64,000 nt of DNA from the human T2T-CHM13v2.0 reference genome, Homo sapiens (GCF_009914755.1 NC_060937.1); one strand, 5' to 3'. Shown: positions 1-13,915, counted from the stretch's first letter. Made by a program: numbers and translations. Notes: generated by a model not told the origin, from the letters alone.

Positions 1-100
1 GAAAGCAATTATTGTTAGCATAAAAATAAATAGGAATAAATATTACAATATTAAAAGCAGTCATAGCTTAAATTCCTGATGACATTTAAATGTTTTCAAG

Positions 101-907
101 ATAATAGACTAAGTACAAAATTCTAGAGGAAGATAAGGTAGAGGTGAACAAAATCAGTGTTGGAAAACGAGCTTTCAGTGAAAACATCTTAAGAAGTTTT
201 TCCGTAATGTTCTATGCATGCTTATTCTCCACTTTTAGATTCTAAAATAACCTTAGAAAAGTAGAGTGGAAGTAGAAAATCAGAGAGATATACTGATAAA
301 TTAAAAATCATATTTTTGACATCTTCCTATTAAGTAGAAATTATTTGTTTTTCTACGTTAAAGCAAATACACTTACAAATGGCCTTTATGGACTTCAGAT
401 AACTACCCATCTCAATACTGGTTATAATAATTCAAAGAGATGAGATTTAACATTTTTTGCTATATTTGTAGGTTAAACAGAAAGGTAGATTTTTTTATAA
501 CTTATTTGTTTCATCCACAATCATATCAACTTTGTTGATGCAAAAATAGAATTCTTCTTGCCCAATATTTTATATAATGTTTGAGGAATGAAGTTACCTT
601 TTGCTGAATCCCTTTTTTGAAATAACTTTTGCAAATTAAATCTATGAACCTTTGCTGTCAATGTAACAGATAGCTGACATTGTCTCACGTTGTGAAATTT
701 GCTCATCCAAAGTAGAAAGTGATGTAGAAAATGTTGAGTTTTTAGATTATTTGTTGACAGAAATGGAACATTCTGGAAATGAATCTGATCTACACATCCA
801 GTACAATTCAGCTGATGTTTTATCAAATTTAGGCCATCAGAAAAAGATACTGAAGTCATTATTAAATGAATTGAACTTGGCAGCTCCATAGATACACTGC
901 CCTACAT
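101..907 (+). pseudogene. DNHD1-like pseudo-exon(s), tail region
   Basis: Frame 1 reads IMFEE*SYLLLNPFFE...IADIVSRCE... (cf. recalled DNHD1 LVFDDHGQLSHVPCVE). Stop-free from 670 to the TAG at 888-890. Putative donor gtatct at 908. Confidence 0.6.
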
Positions 908-1266
908 GTATCTAAAGAGAGATGGCATTAAGAAAAATAAATTATTCTTTTAAAACTTGACTTTATCCCTCTTTAGCAGATATGCAAACCTACAGTATAA
1001 ATTGTTGTGCTATGTCTAAAATATAAAAGGAATGCAACAGAGCTACACAAGTTCATAATCAAATTGTTCCAAAATATAATCTGATCTACTATATTATTCT
1101 TTTTTTGGTTATTTAGAATACTGTTTAATGTATATTCTATTAAAAATGTGTAGCATAAACTCAGAATGTTATGACACCTCGTTCATTTTTCATTTATTAA
1201 TTTATAAGGAACAATGCATTTCTGCTCATACATGAAAATAATAAACCTAATTTTATTATATACGTG

Positions 1267-1667
1267 TGCTGTGGTTGAATGTGCTCTCCTCCAAAATTCA
1301 GGTGTTGAAACTTAATAGCCAATGTAATGGTATTAAGAAGGGAGGGGCTTTAAAAGATTATTAGGACACAGTGGCTCCTCCCTAGTTAACAAGATTAAAG
1401 CCCTTATAAAAGAAAGTTTTCATAGCTTTCTGCTAGCTTGCTCTTCTGCCTTCCACAATGGGAGGATAAAACTTTCCTCCCCTGAACAGATAAAGCAAGA
1501 AGGTGCCAACTTGGGAGCAGAGAGTAGCCCTTTCTTATAAGACAACTGAACCTACCAGTGCCTTAATCTTGGACTTCCTAGCTTCCAGAGCCATGAGAAA
1601 ATAAATTTATGTTTTTTATTAATTACCTGGTCTCAGATGTTTTGTTATAGCAGTACAGACTAAGACA
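1267..1667 (+). mobile_element. MaLR solo LTR (MST family)
   Basis: tgctgtggttgaatgtg...ccaaaattcaggtgttgaaactta start; aataaa...gttatagcag...gactaagaca end. Confidence 0.85.
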
Positions 1668-2276
1668 GTGTGTTAATGAACCATCCTTCAAATTTGTGAT
1701 CCCTTAGTTGAATTTTGCAGGACGAATATGAATTTTTAAAATTATTTTCTACAATTTCTTTATATATTAGAGGATACAATTCAGATCATTGCTTTTGTTT
1801 ATTTTATATTATTAGCATTTAAAAACTCTTAATATTTTGTTATCTTTGTTGAACACACTGATTTATTGGAAGTAGGAATGACTTCATGAATGTAAAGTGA
1901 CAGAGAAATTATTAGATATTTTTTATTAGTTCATGCCCTAAAAATATTTTAATCTAAATAGTGTATTAAATTTAAGTCATTTTATAAGTCAGAATTTGTT
2001 AAAATTAATACAATTAATACAAAAGTAATACAATATATGCGATGATATTGTACCAATTAAAGTTAATACAATATCAATATATCAATATATGTTTCATACA
2101 ATATATAACAAAATATACATTCTTCCCAAATTTTCAGTAAGGTAGAGCTGTTGTGAAACCTGAGAGAGGTAATTACCTCTTTTCCCTTTACCTAGAGTAT
2201 TTGATTAAAATACTCCATAATTAAATACTGCCTTGGAATGAAAATGCAATTTAAAATATGAAATGTGATTTGGCAG

Positions 2277-2750
2277 ATAAAAGATCTGCTATAGAAGTAG
2301 CAAGTATAGATTAATGATGAGTTTTGAGCCCAGTTTTAAGGCATTTACCACCCTTCACATAAATTAGAGCATTTGACCTTTAAGCATACAACTGTCTTCA
2401 ATGAAACGATAACTGCAGTGGAGAAAAAGAACAATCAAAGCAAAGAAAACTAATCAGTTAGCTCTACTGAGGAAGGAAACTGCAGAATTTAGGCCAATGT
2501 TTTAAGTCCAAGCAAGAAAAAAACTAATTTCCCATGGACTTTCCATTTCGACAAGATTATCTGAGCACACTTAGAAAAGCAAAAATGAATTCTGCCAAAA
2601 AGATGGAATAATATTACAGATGTTAGAAGAGATAGAAAATAGATTCCTCGATGTGCACAAGAGATTGTATTTGGGATAATAAATTCCATTTTAGGTTGAA
2701 TCTACTGTGGGAACCTAACCATCCTTAAATCTTCCAGGCTTGGTAGAAAG
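2277..2750 (+). pseudogene. DNHD1-like pseudo-exon, tail
   Basis: Acceptor tggcag at 2276. Segments FRQDYLST, ILQMLEEIENRF and LLWEPNHP in shifting frames (cf. LRGQYFPH ... LQSWGPQK). Donor aaag|gttaga at 2751. Confidence 0.6.
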
Positions 2751-3449
2751 GTTAGATAGTCACAGCTTGAGTGTCAGGGGTTATAAACCCTACTCTCAAC
2801 TCAATTATTTTAGTGGCGAAAACTACACACACTATTTTACAGTTACAATAACAAGACATAACTCATTGGATCAATGTAAAATACCTGTGATAAAGTGTGT
2901 TTCTTTGTTTTTGTTTTTAATTTTAAAACTTGGGAGGTGTGTTTAGTATAACATTAACAGACAGTTTAATATACATACATATACACTCTTCGTCTAAATT
3001 TTAGATTTAATAGTTACTGCTTTTAATTACAAAGAATGACCAGGCTAAGACTGATAAAATGTCCTCTTCCCCTTAGAAAAGGTGAAATGTAACATTATGC
3101 AAATTTATTTCACTGTGTCTTCTTTGTGACTTTTTTTTTTCTCGGCCTTTTTGTTTTATCACTATCTTTGACATGTGGCCCATGCGAAAATGTCCTGCAT
3201 TTCTAAACTTTGGGACATTGGCATAGTTTTGATTAATGAGCTTATTGTTATTCATCCTAGTTAGAGCTTGCTGAACAAAAGTCTCCTTATTATCCCTAAT
3301 TTATATGTCTCACTTGTATTTGTTCTGCCACATTTCCTCTAATGACTTTCTATATTTAATCACTATATTTAAGAAAAGGAATTTAATGTAATTCCTTGCT
3401 GTGCCACATAGTGTTTGGAGTGTATTTGCTATTTTACATGAGTTGTAGC

Positions 3450-3860
3450 TGTAGTGTGATGGGTACCCCACCAGGGTTATGTAAGGATGAATGTCTGCTA
3501 CCTGAACCCCGAAGGCTGGACAGTGAGCCAAGGCTATGGTACCTAGCCAAGGAGCAAGTGTCCCTGAGAACCCACAAATCCCAGAGAGTATCTGAGAACC
3601 TACCATGGAAAACAGTGCTATCACATACATACAGTAGGCAAAGAGCCAGAAAAATAGCCTAAAAGCAGCTTTGAGATGGGAGATGGTGCAGATCTCTAGA
3701 TCTGTCCTGCTGTCCCCCAGAAGAGTCCCATACATAAATCCTAATAAACTTATCTACTGGTCAAGCTAGACTTGTCTGAGTCAGTCTTGATCTCTCGGCT
3801 CCTTCCCAGTTTGGGGGGTGGGGAGGGGAAATTAAAGTCACAAGTTTTTCTCATATCAAT
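3450..3860 (+). mobile_element. ERV solo LTR (ERVL-type, LTR47-like)
   Basis: GC-richer block beginning tgtagtgtgatggg, with a ctaataaac poly(A) signal near 3741. Confidence 0.55.
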
Positions 3861-4241
3861 AGCTAGATATTATTTGAAATGTCTCGTTTGAGTGAAACCA
3901 AGATAAATTCAGGGAAGTTAGTTTAAACTCACCATGACTAGAATGGTGAGTTAAAAAAAAAAAAAAGGAATAAAAATGTGTTTCCATTTAGATGTGCATA
4001 CGCACTTTCCTGTAACTTGATGGAAACATTCAGACTTGAATTTATTTTATGTTTGTAAGTCAAACAAAAGGTCATTTTATTTATTGCTTATGTTTTTTTG
4101 TTCTGTATGTACTGGCATCGTTATTAATTATTTATTAGTTAAATAGAATTCACTTTATAATTGCCAAGGTTTTATTCTGAGATTTTACTGAACAGGAGCA
4201 TATCAATTAATTTGTTTTCCCTGTCTATATCATCTATATCA

Positions 4242-4265
4242 TCTCTCTCTCTCTCTCTCTCTCTG

Positions 4266-4306
<41 letters not shown>

Positions 4307-4332
4307 CATATATATACACACACATATATATA
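4242..4332. repeat. Compound microsatellite (CT)n(TA)n
   Basis: Direct reading. Confidence 0.95.
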
Positions 4333-4493
4333 TTCATTACCGAAATCAAATTGATCAAGACGCCATAGGATCAATTGTTAAGGTAGGCAAACAAATTGCA
4401 GTATTTTCACGTGAGTGTAGCCAATGCATTTTTCACAGAAATGTTATAATATGGTGAGTTTGATCTAAAAGCAATTTAAATATAAACAAAATC

Positions 4494-4826
4494 CGGCCTG
4501 GAACGATGGCTCATTCTTGTAATCCCAGCACTTTGGGAGGCCGAGGTGGGTGGATCATGAGGTCAGGAGATCAAGACCATCCTGGCTAACACGGTGAAAC
4601 CTCGTCTCTACTAAAAATACAAAAATTAGCCGGGCGTGGTGGTGGGCGCCTGTAGTCCCAGGTACTCAGGAGGCTGAGGCAGGAGAATGGCCTGAACCCG
4701 GGAGGCGGAGCTTGTAGTGAACCGAGATCACGCCAGGGCAGTCCAACCTGGGCGACAGAGCGAGACTCCGTCTCAAAAAAAAAAAAAAAAAAAAAAAGTA
4801 AATAAATAAATAATAAATAAGTAAAT
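4494..4826 (+). mobile_element. AluY-like
   Basis: Diagnostic gaccatcctggctaacacggtg and gaggcggagcttg. A-tail with (TAAA)n. TSD aaatataaacaaaatcc / aaatgtaaacaaagtcc. Confidence 0.9.
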
Positions 4827-5120
4827 AAATGTAAACAAAGTCCTTGGTATTAATTCAGTTGTAATCTGTTGATTTTCTCTATACTTGCTATGTGAATGTC
4901 TTTTTTAATAGAATACAGCTTCTGTGAAGCAAACTATGCTATTTTTATGCTTCATTTTAAATGTAAAATATTAACTTTCTTTCACGCAATCACTGGTATG
5001 GAGAGAACATTGGGGAACATATTGGAAGTTAACATAATTATATCAATAGTTCCCTAGTGGTCAAAAGCATTAGTACTCAAATTGCATTATGAATATGAAA
5101 ATCCAGTAATTTTGATTTAG

Positions 5121-5289
5121 GTCATTTGTCACACTGGCATCAGAAATTGCAAGTCACTGCTGCTGTCTAAAATTTTGAATTTCATATGACTGGTGATTAA
5201 ATTCAAAAGAACCTTCTGGTTCATCAACAATCTATCCAAACTGTGTAAAATCCATTCATAGGCACATTTCTTCTATGTTCTAATTTTAT
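5121..5289 (+). pseudogene. DNHD1-like pseudo-exon, tail
   Basis: tttgatttag| then SFVTLASEI (cf. NYVTLVSRL). Donor gtaagt at 5290. Confidence 0.65.
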
Positions 5290-5399
5290 GTAAGTACTAA
5301 CACACATTCCCCTTTCTATTCACATTATATTTTTGAGCAATGGAAATGCATTGGATGGAAAATAGTTCTGAAACTGATATGATCAAAAGTAATTACACT

Positions 5400-5720
5400 T
5401 GGGTAGAATGTGAATTTAGAGTTAAACTTACATTCTGTTTGCACACCTAACTAGTGAATATTGCTCTATAGCAGAAGGATTATTACTTTTAAAAAGTGAG
5501 TTCAGATCATTATTTTCCACTGCAAGTTCAGATATTCAACTTGCAGCTGGATTTATATAGCATGCAAACACTTGTACAGGACATAAAATTTGGACAGGTC
5601 ATAAGTGCACAAATGCTGTTGCTAGATACTTATCTCTGGCTGACAAATAGGTGCAGTTCAATGAAATGGATATTAGAGTGTTATATTGCAGTATAATTGA
5701 ACCACTCTAGTAAACACAAG
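5400..5720 (+). pseudogene. DNHD1-like pseudo-exon, tail
   Basis: AHLTSEYCSIAEGLLLLKSEFRSLFSTASSDIQLAAGFI*HAN...MDIRV vs recalled AHVQNECWNLSQQLMTELTDFMHIFRTINSDIHAIAQCTQKLN...LDISV. Donor caag|gtaact at 5721. Confidence 0.8.
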
Positions 5721-6154
5721 GTAACTATTAGTAGCATACTAAATATTGTTCTGAATTAGATCATTCTATTGAAATATAAACATATAAAGAAAATAAAATA
5801 AATGAAAAGTAATACATTTTAAAACTATTTTTAAATTGCTTTAAATGTTTCAAAAATGTTTTAAAAACTTTTTAAAAAAAAAGAAAAAACAATATTAGCT
5901 ATAAAATGGTTTCAATTCAGGAACTTTCCTGTTCCATAACCTTGTCAAATTAAATGACTTCTCTAAGGTTCATTTACAGGATGGTTAGAAGTATTAAATG
6001 ATAGTATTTTCATAAAACACTTAGCATCATGTTTAATATATAAAAGATACCACAACACAACTTAGAAAAGATATTTATTATTATAAAATATAACATTCTT
6101 TGGAACAGTAAATACTGTTTAGTGTTTTAAAGTTACCCTTCTGACCTCATTTTC

Positions 6155-9100
6155 TTTTTTATTTGTTTATTCACTTATTTATTTATTTTTTACTTTAAGT
6201 TATGGGATACATGTGTAAAATGCGCAGGCTTGTTATGTACGTACACATGTGCCGTAGTGGTTTGCTGCACCTTTCAACCCATCACCTAGGTTTTAAGCTC
6301 CGCATGCATTAGGTATTTCTCGTGATGCTTCCCCACCCCTCGCACCCCCTCCCTGCTGAGAGGCCCCAGTGTGTGTTATTTCCCTCCCTGTGCCCATGTG
6401 TTCTCATTGTTCAGCTCCCACTTATGAGTGAGAACATGTGGTGTTTGGTTTTCTGTTCCTGTGTTAGTTTGCTGAGGATGGATGGCTTCCAGCTTCATCT
6501 ATGTCCTTGAAAAGAACATGATCTCATTCCTTTTTGTGACTGCCTAGTATTCCATGGTGTATATGTACCACATTTTCTTTATGTATGGCATTTGGATTGG
6601 TTCTATGTCTTTGTTATTGTGAATAGTGCTGCAATGAACATACGTGTGCATGTATCTTTATAACAGAATGATTTATATTCCTTTCAGTATATACCCAGTA
6701 ATGGATTGCTGGGTCAAATGTTATTAATGGTTCTAGATCCTTGAGGAATTGCCGCAGTGTGTTCCACAATGGCTCAACTAATTTACATTCCCATCAACAA
6801 TGTAAAAGTGTTCCTATTTCTCCACAGGCTTGCCAGCATCTATTCTTTCTTGACTTTTAATAATCGCCATTCTGACTGGCGTGAGATGGTATCTCATTGT
6901 GGTTTTGATTTGCATTTCTCTAATGATCAGTGATGTTGAGTTTTTTTCCATATGTTTATTGGCCACCTAAATGTTTTCTTTCGAGAAGTGTCTGTTCATA
7001 TCTTTTGTCTACTATTTGATGGGGTTGTTTGTTTTTTTCTTGTAAATTTGTTTATGTTTCTCAGAAATCCTGGATATTAGGCCTTTGTCAGATGGGTAGA
7101 TTGCAAAAATTTTCTCCCATTCTGTAGGTTGCCTGTTTGCTCTGATGATAGTTTCTTTTGCTGTGCAGATGCTCTTTAGTTTAATGAGTTACCATTTGTC
7201 AATTTTTGCTTTTGTTGCAATTGCTTTTGGTGATTTCATCATAAATTCTTTGCCCATGCCTGTGTCCTGAATGGCATTGCCTAGGTTTTCTTCTAAGGTT
7301 TTAATGGTTTTGAGTTTTACATTTAAGTCTTTAATCCCCCTTGAATTATAAGGAAAGGGTCCCGTTTCAGTTTTCTGCATATGACTAGCAAGTTTTCCCA
7401 GCATCATTTATTACATAAGGAATCCTTTCCTCATTACTTGTTTTTGTGAGGCTTTTGGAAGATAAAATGTATGGTGTTATTTCTGAGACCTTTATTCTGT
7501 TCCATTGGTCTATATGTCTGTTTTGGTGCCAGTACCATGCTGTTTTGGTTACTGCAGCCTTGTAGTATGGTTTGAAGTCAGGTAGTGTGATGCCTCCAGC
7601 TTTGTTCTTTTTGCTTAGGATTGTCTTGGCTATGCGGCCTCTCTTTTGGTTCCACATGCCTTTTAAAGTAGTTTATTCTAATTCTGTGAATAATGTCAAT
7701 GGTAGTTTGATGGGAATAACATTGAATCTATAAATTACTTTGGGAAGTATGGCCATTTTGATGATGTTGATTCTTCCTATCCATGAGGATGTAATATTTT
7801 TTCCATTTATTTTTGTCTTCTCTTATTTCCTTGAGCAGTGGTTTGTAGTTCTCCTTGAAGAGGTTCTTCATGTCCCTTGTTAACTGTATTCCTTGGTATT
7901 TTATTCTCTTTGAAGCAATTGTGAATGGCAGTTCATTAATGATTTGGCTCTCTGCTTGTCTATTGTTGGTGTATAGGAATGCTTGTGAATTTTGCACTTT
8001 GATTTTGTATCCTGAGACTTTGCTGAAGTTGCTTATCAGCTTAAGGAGTTTTTGCGCTGAGATGATGGGTTTTTCTAAATATAGGATTATGTTATCTGTA
8101 AACAGAGACAATTTACCTTCCTCTCTTCCTATGCGAATACCCTTTATTTATTTCCATTAAGCCAGTTTATTTAGAGTTTTTAGCATGAAGCCATGTTGAA
8201 TTTTATCAAAGGCCTTTTCTGCATCTATTGAGATAATCACATGGTTTTTGTCATTGGCTCTGTTGCTGTGATGGATTACGGTTATTGATTTGTGTGTGTT
8301 GAACCAGGCTTGCATCCCAGGGATGAAGCCAACTTGATTGTGGTGGATATGCTTTTTGATGTGCTGCTGGATTCAGTTTGCCAGTATTTTACTGAGGATT
8401 TTCACACTGATGTTTATCAGGGATATTGGCCTAAAGTTTTCTTTTTTTGTTATGTCTCTGCCAGGTTTTAGTATCAGGATGATGCTGGCCTGATAAAATG
8501 AGTTAGGGAGGAATCCCCCCTTTTCAATTGTTAGGAATAGTTTCTGAATGAGTCGTACCAACTCCTCTTAGTACCTCTGGTAGAATTTGGCTGTGTATCC
8601 ATCTGGTCCTGGGTTTTTTTTTTTTTTTTTTGGTTGGTAGGCTAGCTAATATTACCTCAATTTCAGAACTTGTTATTGGCCTATTCAGAGATTCGACTTC
8701 TTCCTGGTTTAGTCTTGGGAGGGTGTATGTGTCCAGAAATGTATCAATTTCTTCTAGATTTTCTACTTTATTTGCATGGAAGTGTTTATAGTATTCTCTG
8801 CTGGTAGTTTGTATTTCTGTGGTATAAGTGGTGATATCCCCGTTATCATTTTTTATTGTGCCTATTTGATTTGTCTCTCTTTTCTTCTATTAGTCTAGTA
8901 GTGGTCTATCTATTTTATTAATTTGTTTTTTTGTTTGTTTTTTTAAAAACACCGGCTTCTGCATTCGTTGATTTTTTGAAGGGATTTTTGTGTCTCTATC
9001 TCCTTCAGTTCCACTCTGTTCTTAGTTGTTTCTTGTCTTCTGCTAGATTTTGGATTTGTTTGCTCTTGCTTCTCTAGTTCTTTTCATTGTGATGTTAGCA

Positions 9101-9431
9101 TTTTGATTTGAGGTCTTTCCAGCTTTCTGATGTGGGCATTTAGTGCTATAAATTTCCCTCTTAACATTGTTTTAGCTGTGTCCCAGAGATTTTGGTACAT
9201 TGTCTCTTTGTTCTCATTGGTTTCAAAGAACTTCTTGATTTCTGCCTTAATTTGATTATTTACCCAAGAGTCATTCAGAAGCACGTTGTTCAATTTCCAT
9301 GTAGCTATGTGGTTTTGATTGAGTTTCTTAATTGTGAGTTCTAATTTGATTGCACTGTGGTCTGAGAGACTGTTTGTCAAAATTTCCATTCTTTTACATT
9401 TGCGGAGGAGTGTTTTACCTCCAATTATGTG
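6155..9431 (-). mobile_element. 5'-truncated L1PA (ORF2 + 3'UTR)
   Basis: Minus-strand ORF2 fragments in the ORF track (e.g. [11 protein letters not shown]). TSD tctgacctcattttct / tctgaccacattttct. Internal deletion near 8155. Confidence 0.95.
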
Positions 9432-9449
9432 TCTGACCACATTTTCTAT

Positions 9450-9930
9450 CAGTGGCCATCTCCCTCATTTCCACTACAGCCATAGTGGATCTCCTTGCTT
9501 ATTGGACACTTCAGGCTTGCACTTTCCACAGGATCTTTGAGTTTACTGCTCTCTCTTCATATAGCCAGATGGCTCACTTTTTCACTCCTTTCAGATTTGT
9601 GCTCAATTCACACTCTAGCAATAAGACCTCTCTGACTATATACCCTCCTTAAAACACTCACAAACCCTATATAAAATAGCAATATTCCCAAACTTAGCAC
9701 TTATAGTCTCTGTTATCCTGCTTATTTTTTCTTTTTAGCAATTTTCACTATTTTCTCTACATTACAATTACTTATTAATTTGTTTGTTATCCTGTTATCC
9801 CATTTCTTATTCTAACTAAAAGGTAAATTCTGTGAGGGTAAGAAAGTTGTCTCTTTTCTTAATGCCCTGTCCCTGGTACTTACAACAGCATATGATAAAA
9901 TCAAAAATATTGTTTGTAAATGAACGACTT
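9450..9930. mobile_element. L2 fragment(s)
   Basis: L2-like 3' motifs (ttctgtgagggtaagaaag...ctggtacttacaacagc...aatattgtttgtaaatgaa). Confidence 0.55.
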
Positions 9931-10088
9931 AAGAATAAATGTATTTTCAATTTTTAAATATTAATTACAGTTTAATATGCACTTAACAATATGACCTAGC
10001 TTCTATATTTTAATCTAGAACAATATAAACCTAGATTCTTTTGGCTCTGGAGTAGATTTTTACATTTAAATCAATTAATTAATTTCAG

Positions 10089-10189
10089 GTTGGCCTTAAA
10101 TAACTATTTTCCTTTTATTTCATGGATACACATTATGTCTGTGGGCTTTGTCCCATCAATAAATAGATATCAATTTGTTCCATTGCAAG
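10089..10189 (+). pseudogene. Possible small DNHD1-like pseudo-exon, start of DHC_N2
   Basis: Good splice sites (tttcag| and caag|gtaata) and an open frame ...SINRYQFVPLQ, but only weak similarity. Confidence 0.35.
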
Positions 10190-10709
10190 GTAATAATAGT
10201 TATTGATCTCTGGTCTCCATCTTAAATAAAAACTAAAGCTAGCTGCTCAGAAAAAAAAAAAATCTTTAAAGTGTGACACACTCAATTCACACAGTATTTA
10301 TCAAGTACCTACCATATGTGCTATAGCTCTAAGTGCTACAGTGAAAATTAAGATAAAAACAAATGTCATTTCCTTGAGAATGTTTAATATTTTAGGCAAT
10401 GTAAAATGGACCTAATAACTTTAAAAAGGATGGAATATGATGAGTAAAATAAAAGAAATAAAAATAAGAACCTTGAAGAGCTATATCTTATGTATTAGAA
10501 ATATTGCCATTAAGAGTAGGAATTAGGCCTTTTCACATAAGTAAAACAATTTTACTGTATATAATTAATTGCTTAAAACATTTCTAGTCATCTCAAAAGC
10601 AGAAATATGAATTATATGAACCATAAACTTCACAATAAACAAATCAAAGCTAGACCTATTATTCTCTTAAAAGTAAGTGCATGAGTATAAATTAAAATAT
10701 TCATCTTAG

Positions 10710-11068
10710 GATTCATCAGACATGAGAGAATTTTAGTACCAAAGATTAGTCTTGGAGAAGATATATTATCAAGTGTATTATTAACAAATTAACAACTTCT
10801 CCTATCTTTTCCTGATGTATTGCTTATTTATACTAAATATATTGACAGGATAAGCACATTGGGAGTCTCACTAAGTTAAACATAAATGTCAGCTATTCAA
10901 CAGAAGCACTTCTCTGGGGCTGTTGGTAGTTTCAAGGTAGAAGAGTCAGTCCTTATATTAAAACTAGATGATCTAAACTGAAGGGCTGTATCAATGAAAA
11001 CACATAACATCAGAAAAAGACGTTTATCAGTTACATAACCAATCATCACAGAAACATATTGCTTAAAA
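10710..11068 (+). pseudogene. DNHD1-like pseudo-exon, linker (DHC_N2)
   Basis: ISLGEDILSSVLLTN*QLLLSFP...IDRI vs LGLGSLQTIELLTLGQLLTYP. Ends TETYCLK (cf. SGTFILS). Donor gtaaat at 11069. Confidence 0.7.
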
Positions 11069-11137
11069 GTAAATTTAAGAATCTTTGAAAGATTTTTTAT
11101 TTATTACAAATATCAAACACATTTATTATTTGAATTT

Positions 11138-11379
11138 TTGTGGTCTCAGTAAATATGACTAATTCAAGAAAGTCTTTGAGATTTTTTAAATTAATTCCAA
11201 TAGGGTATATTCTTTAGCTTGAAAAGAACACCATGGTGTTTTAACTGAAAATGCCAAATAATTTCCAAAATTCTTAATACTCCTGAAAATGCCTTAGATT
11301 TGTTCTAAGTAAATTTCATACAGAAGGTGTCATCTAAATTAATATTCACAAATATACTATAAATGGAAGGACATTTGCT
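11138..11379 (+). pseudogene. DNHD1-like pseudo-exon, linker
   Basis: IQESL at 11162-11176 is identical to recalled DNHD1. Also ALDLF*VNFIQK (cf. ALLEVWLTFQQK). Donor gtaagt at 11380. Confidence 0.75.
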
Positions 11380-11587
11380 GTAAGTTAAGAAATTCTTAAA
11401 AGATAAATGTGTAAAACAAATATTGATTGTAAAAGGCAATTCTAGCCGTCTCTTAAGTTATTACTTATTTTTAATCTACCAACGTATGTCCTCTTCCTTA
11501 AAGTACATGAGCATTAACCAATAATTGCCTTTATTTTTCTCAATATGAGGGAAACACATGCTCACTCCCAACCATCATTTTTTTAAG

Positions 11588-11960
11588 ATAAAAAGTGTGA
11601 TATTCCTAAAATGTATTAATGAAAGCTTATATTTGAGAATTTTTTTAAAAGTAAAAGACTCATTTGTTAAGATAAGCTTCTGACCATGTCCTTATTCAAA
11701 AATAATATCTTCCCTGACTATTAGAAATCACACTGATTTCCCTTGTTATGCAACGACATCAACCACACCACTTTAGTAAAATTATATACCACGATGTGCT
11801 ATTATTAATTATTTGATTGTGTTAATGTGATTTCACAAGATGATAATTTCTTTAAAACCTGCACAGTGTTATAAACATATGTCTCAATTGCTCAGGCAAT
11901 TATACAGCAACAATTTTATATCATTTCTTTCATGGGATTTGCTAAAAGATAGAAATTGTA
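11588..11960 (+). pseudogene. DNHD1-like pseudo-exon, end of DHC_N2 (FPRL motif region)
   Basis: YLP*LL (FPRLF with CGA>TGA), YIPRC (WVRRC) and QFYIISFMGFAKR*KL (VEALAVLGAGGEEVKL). Acceptor ttttttaag at 11587. Runs into a TA expansion. Confidence 0.65.
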
Positions 11961-12117
11961 TAATATATATAACTAATAATATATAATATATAACATATAT
12001 AATATATGTAACATATATATTATATGTTACATATACATATACATATATAACATATATAACATAAAACATATATAATATATGTTATATTACATATAATATA
12101 TATATAATATATATATA
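11958..12117. repeat. TA-rich low-complexity repeat
   Basis: Direct reading. Confidence 0.9.
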
Positions 12118-12947
12118 GTTCCTTCCTCTCAGTGATCCTCAAAATTAAAACACAGGTATCTTCTCTGTTCCTTGAACAGCTAAGTTCTTTCCCATCTCAA
12201 GATCACTACACTGGCTGTTCCCACTTCTAGGAATGCTCTGATTGGAATCCCATTACGTCTTCCACATTAAAGGAAGCATTGTTTGTTCTAGAAGCAAAGG
12301 TAACTTGAGTATATCTATGTCTATATTAATCTGTATCGAGAATTCTAAGCCAATATAATTTTTAAAAACCAACACTTATTGCACCTGAAAAGCAGCACTT
12401 GGTAGTATAACATATCCTATCCATAGTGAGGTTTTTTCCTACCTTAAAATATTTATTTCATAAACATGTTTTCATCTAGAGTAAAGTTTAAATTAGAGTA
12501 GATGGTAATATGTTAGGACATGTCCAAGTTCTAAGGATGTACATGAAGTGAAACCACAAAAGGAATGGTTTTATTTTACTAGAAAGAAAATGACCCCATT
12601 TACATAAGATGCAGGGCTAGCCCGCGTTTCCATGGATAGCAGTACTTGCACTGAACCATGAAGCTATTGTGCTAGGGATGTACCTTTGGCTTCTTTCTTA
12701 GATGTACTTCTGAGCTTAGCACACAGGCCTACAGATTCATCAACATTTAATGGTAACAGACATACTCTGGATCCAGCAATTGCATTTTGCCCAGTACCTG
12801 CTTCTCCAAGGGAGGGAAGAATTAGAAAGCCAATGTAAGTGGGCTTTCTGCCTCAGGAAAAAAAAAATGTGATTTTTGGTAGAGAAGATTTGCATTCATG
12901 TTTGATTATTAGATAATCTAATAAAACAAACTGTTAAATAGAAATAA

Positions 12948-13390
12948 TGTCAGGCCACAGTGAAAGGCAGTAAAGCCATTTTTATTCAGTACTATTGCAA
13001 TGGGAGTATTAAAACTGAGTTCAATTTCAAATACAGCCAGAACATGTAGGGATTTAGAGCCAAAGACCAGAGGAGGGGGATAAGTCAATGGAAAATTATT
13101 AAGAGGCGACATCAAGGGTAGGGAGATTCTTGTTAAACTGATTCAACAGGATTACTGCTAAAGGCAGATCATGGTGAATCGGATTTTAAAGCCAGGGAAT
13201 GAGAAACTTGAACAGATGTCAAGGCAAATCATATGTGAAGGGTGGAGGGATTCTTATTATTAATACATTTACATAACAGGATTCTTTTCAAAGCTGGACT
13301 ATGCAGGCTAAGTATAAAGATCAAGGATGAGGCCTAGTAGAAAGTGGACTCATAGGAGCCTGTCTAAAGTTTGGTCAAGAGAGTCTTTAT
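12948..13390 (-). mobile_element. ERV1-type solo LTR (MER31/MER67-like)
   Basis: tttattcagtactattgcaat (reverse AATAAA plus U5) and repeated aacaggatt motifs. Confidence 0.5.
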
Positions 13391-13615
13391 AAAAACTCAC
13401 ATCTCAAAGTTAACATATCCAAACTGAAATTCCTTTTTTCCCCCTTCCAAATCTGATTATTTCCCAGCCTCTCTCTTATCAAAGGAAACTATTGACCACC
13501 TAGCTGTCTGTATAAAAATCTCCAAAGTCTGATTCATCAGGAAATCTTGATAGTTCCACTACACAAATATATTTTGAACCTTCTATCATCACTGAAATAT
13601 TACATCTAAAAGGGC

Positions 13616-13915
13616 CTTTTTTTTTTCTACACAGGGTTGTATTCTGTCACCCAGGCCAAGTGCAGGGACATGATTACAGCTCACTGCAGCCTCAACCTCC
13701 CAGGCTCAAATGAGCCTCCTGCCTCAGTTTCCTGAATAGTTGGGACTACAGGCAAATACCACCACACCTGGCTAATTTTTATCTTTTTCTATTTTTTTTT
13801 TTAGAGACGTGGTCTAACTATGTTGCCCAAGCTAGTCTCTTCGAGTCAAGCTATCCTCCTTCCTCAGCCTCCCAAAGTGCTGAGATTACAGGTGTGAGCC
13901 ACAGCACCCACCTGG
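13616..13915 (-). mobile_element. AluJ
   Basis: Reverse Alu with J-type ctcactgcagcctcaacctcccaggctcaa. Confidence 0.9.

Noticed and set aside
521-889. 122-aa minus-strand ORF with apparent splice sites
   Set aside because: No recognisable domain. It is the antisense shadow of the + strand dynein-like pseudo-exon.
3310-3735. 141-aa and 88-aa ORFs
   Set aside because: They lie largely within an LTR; no coding features.
7189-9440. L1 ORF2 fragments as a possible active or domesticated RT
   Set aside because: 5'-truncated, with multiple stops, frameshifts and an internal deletion.
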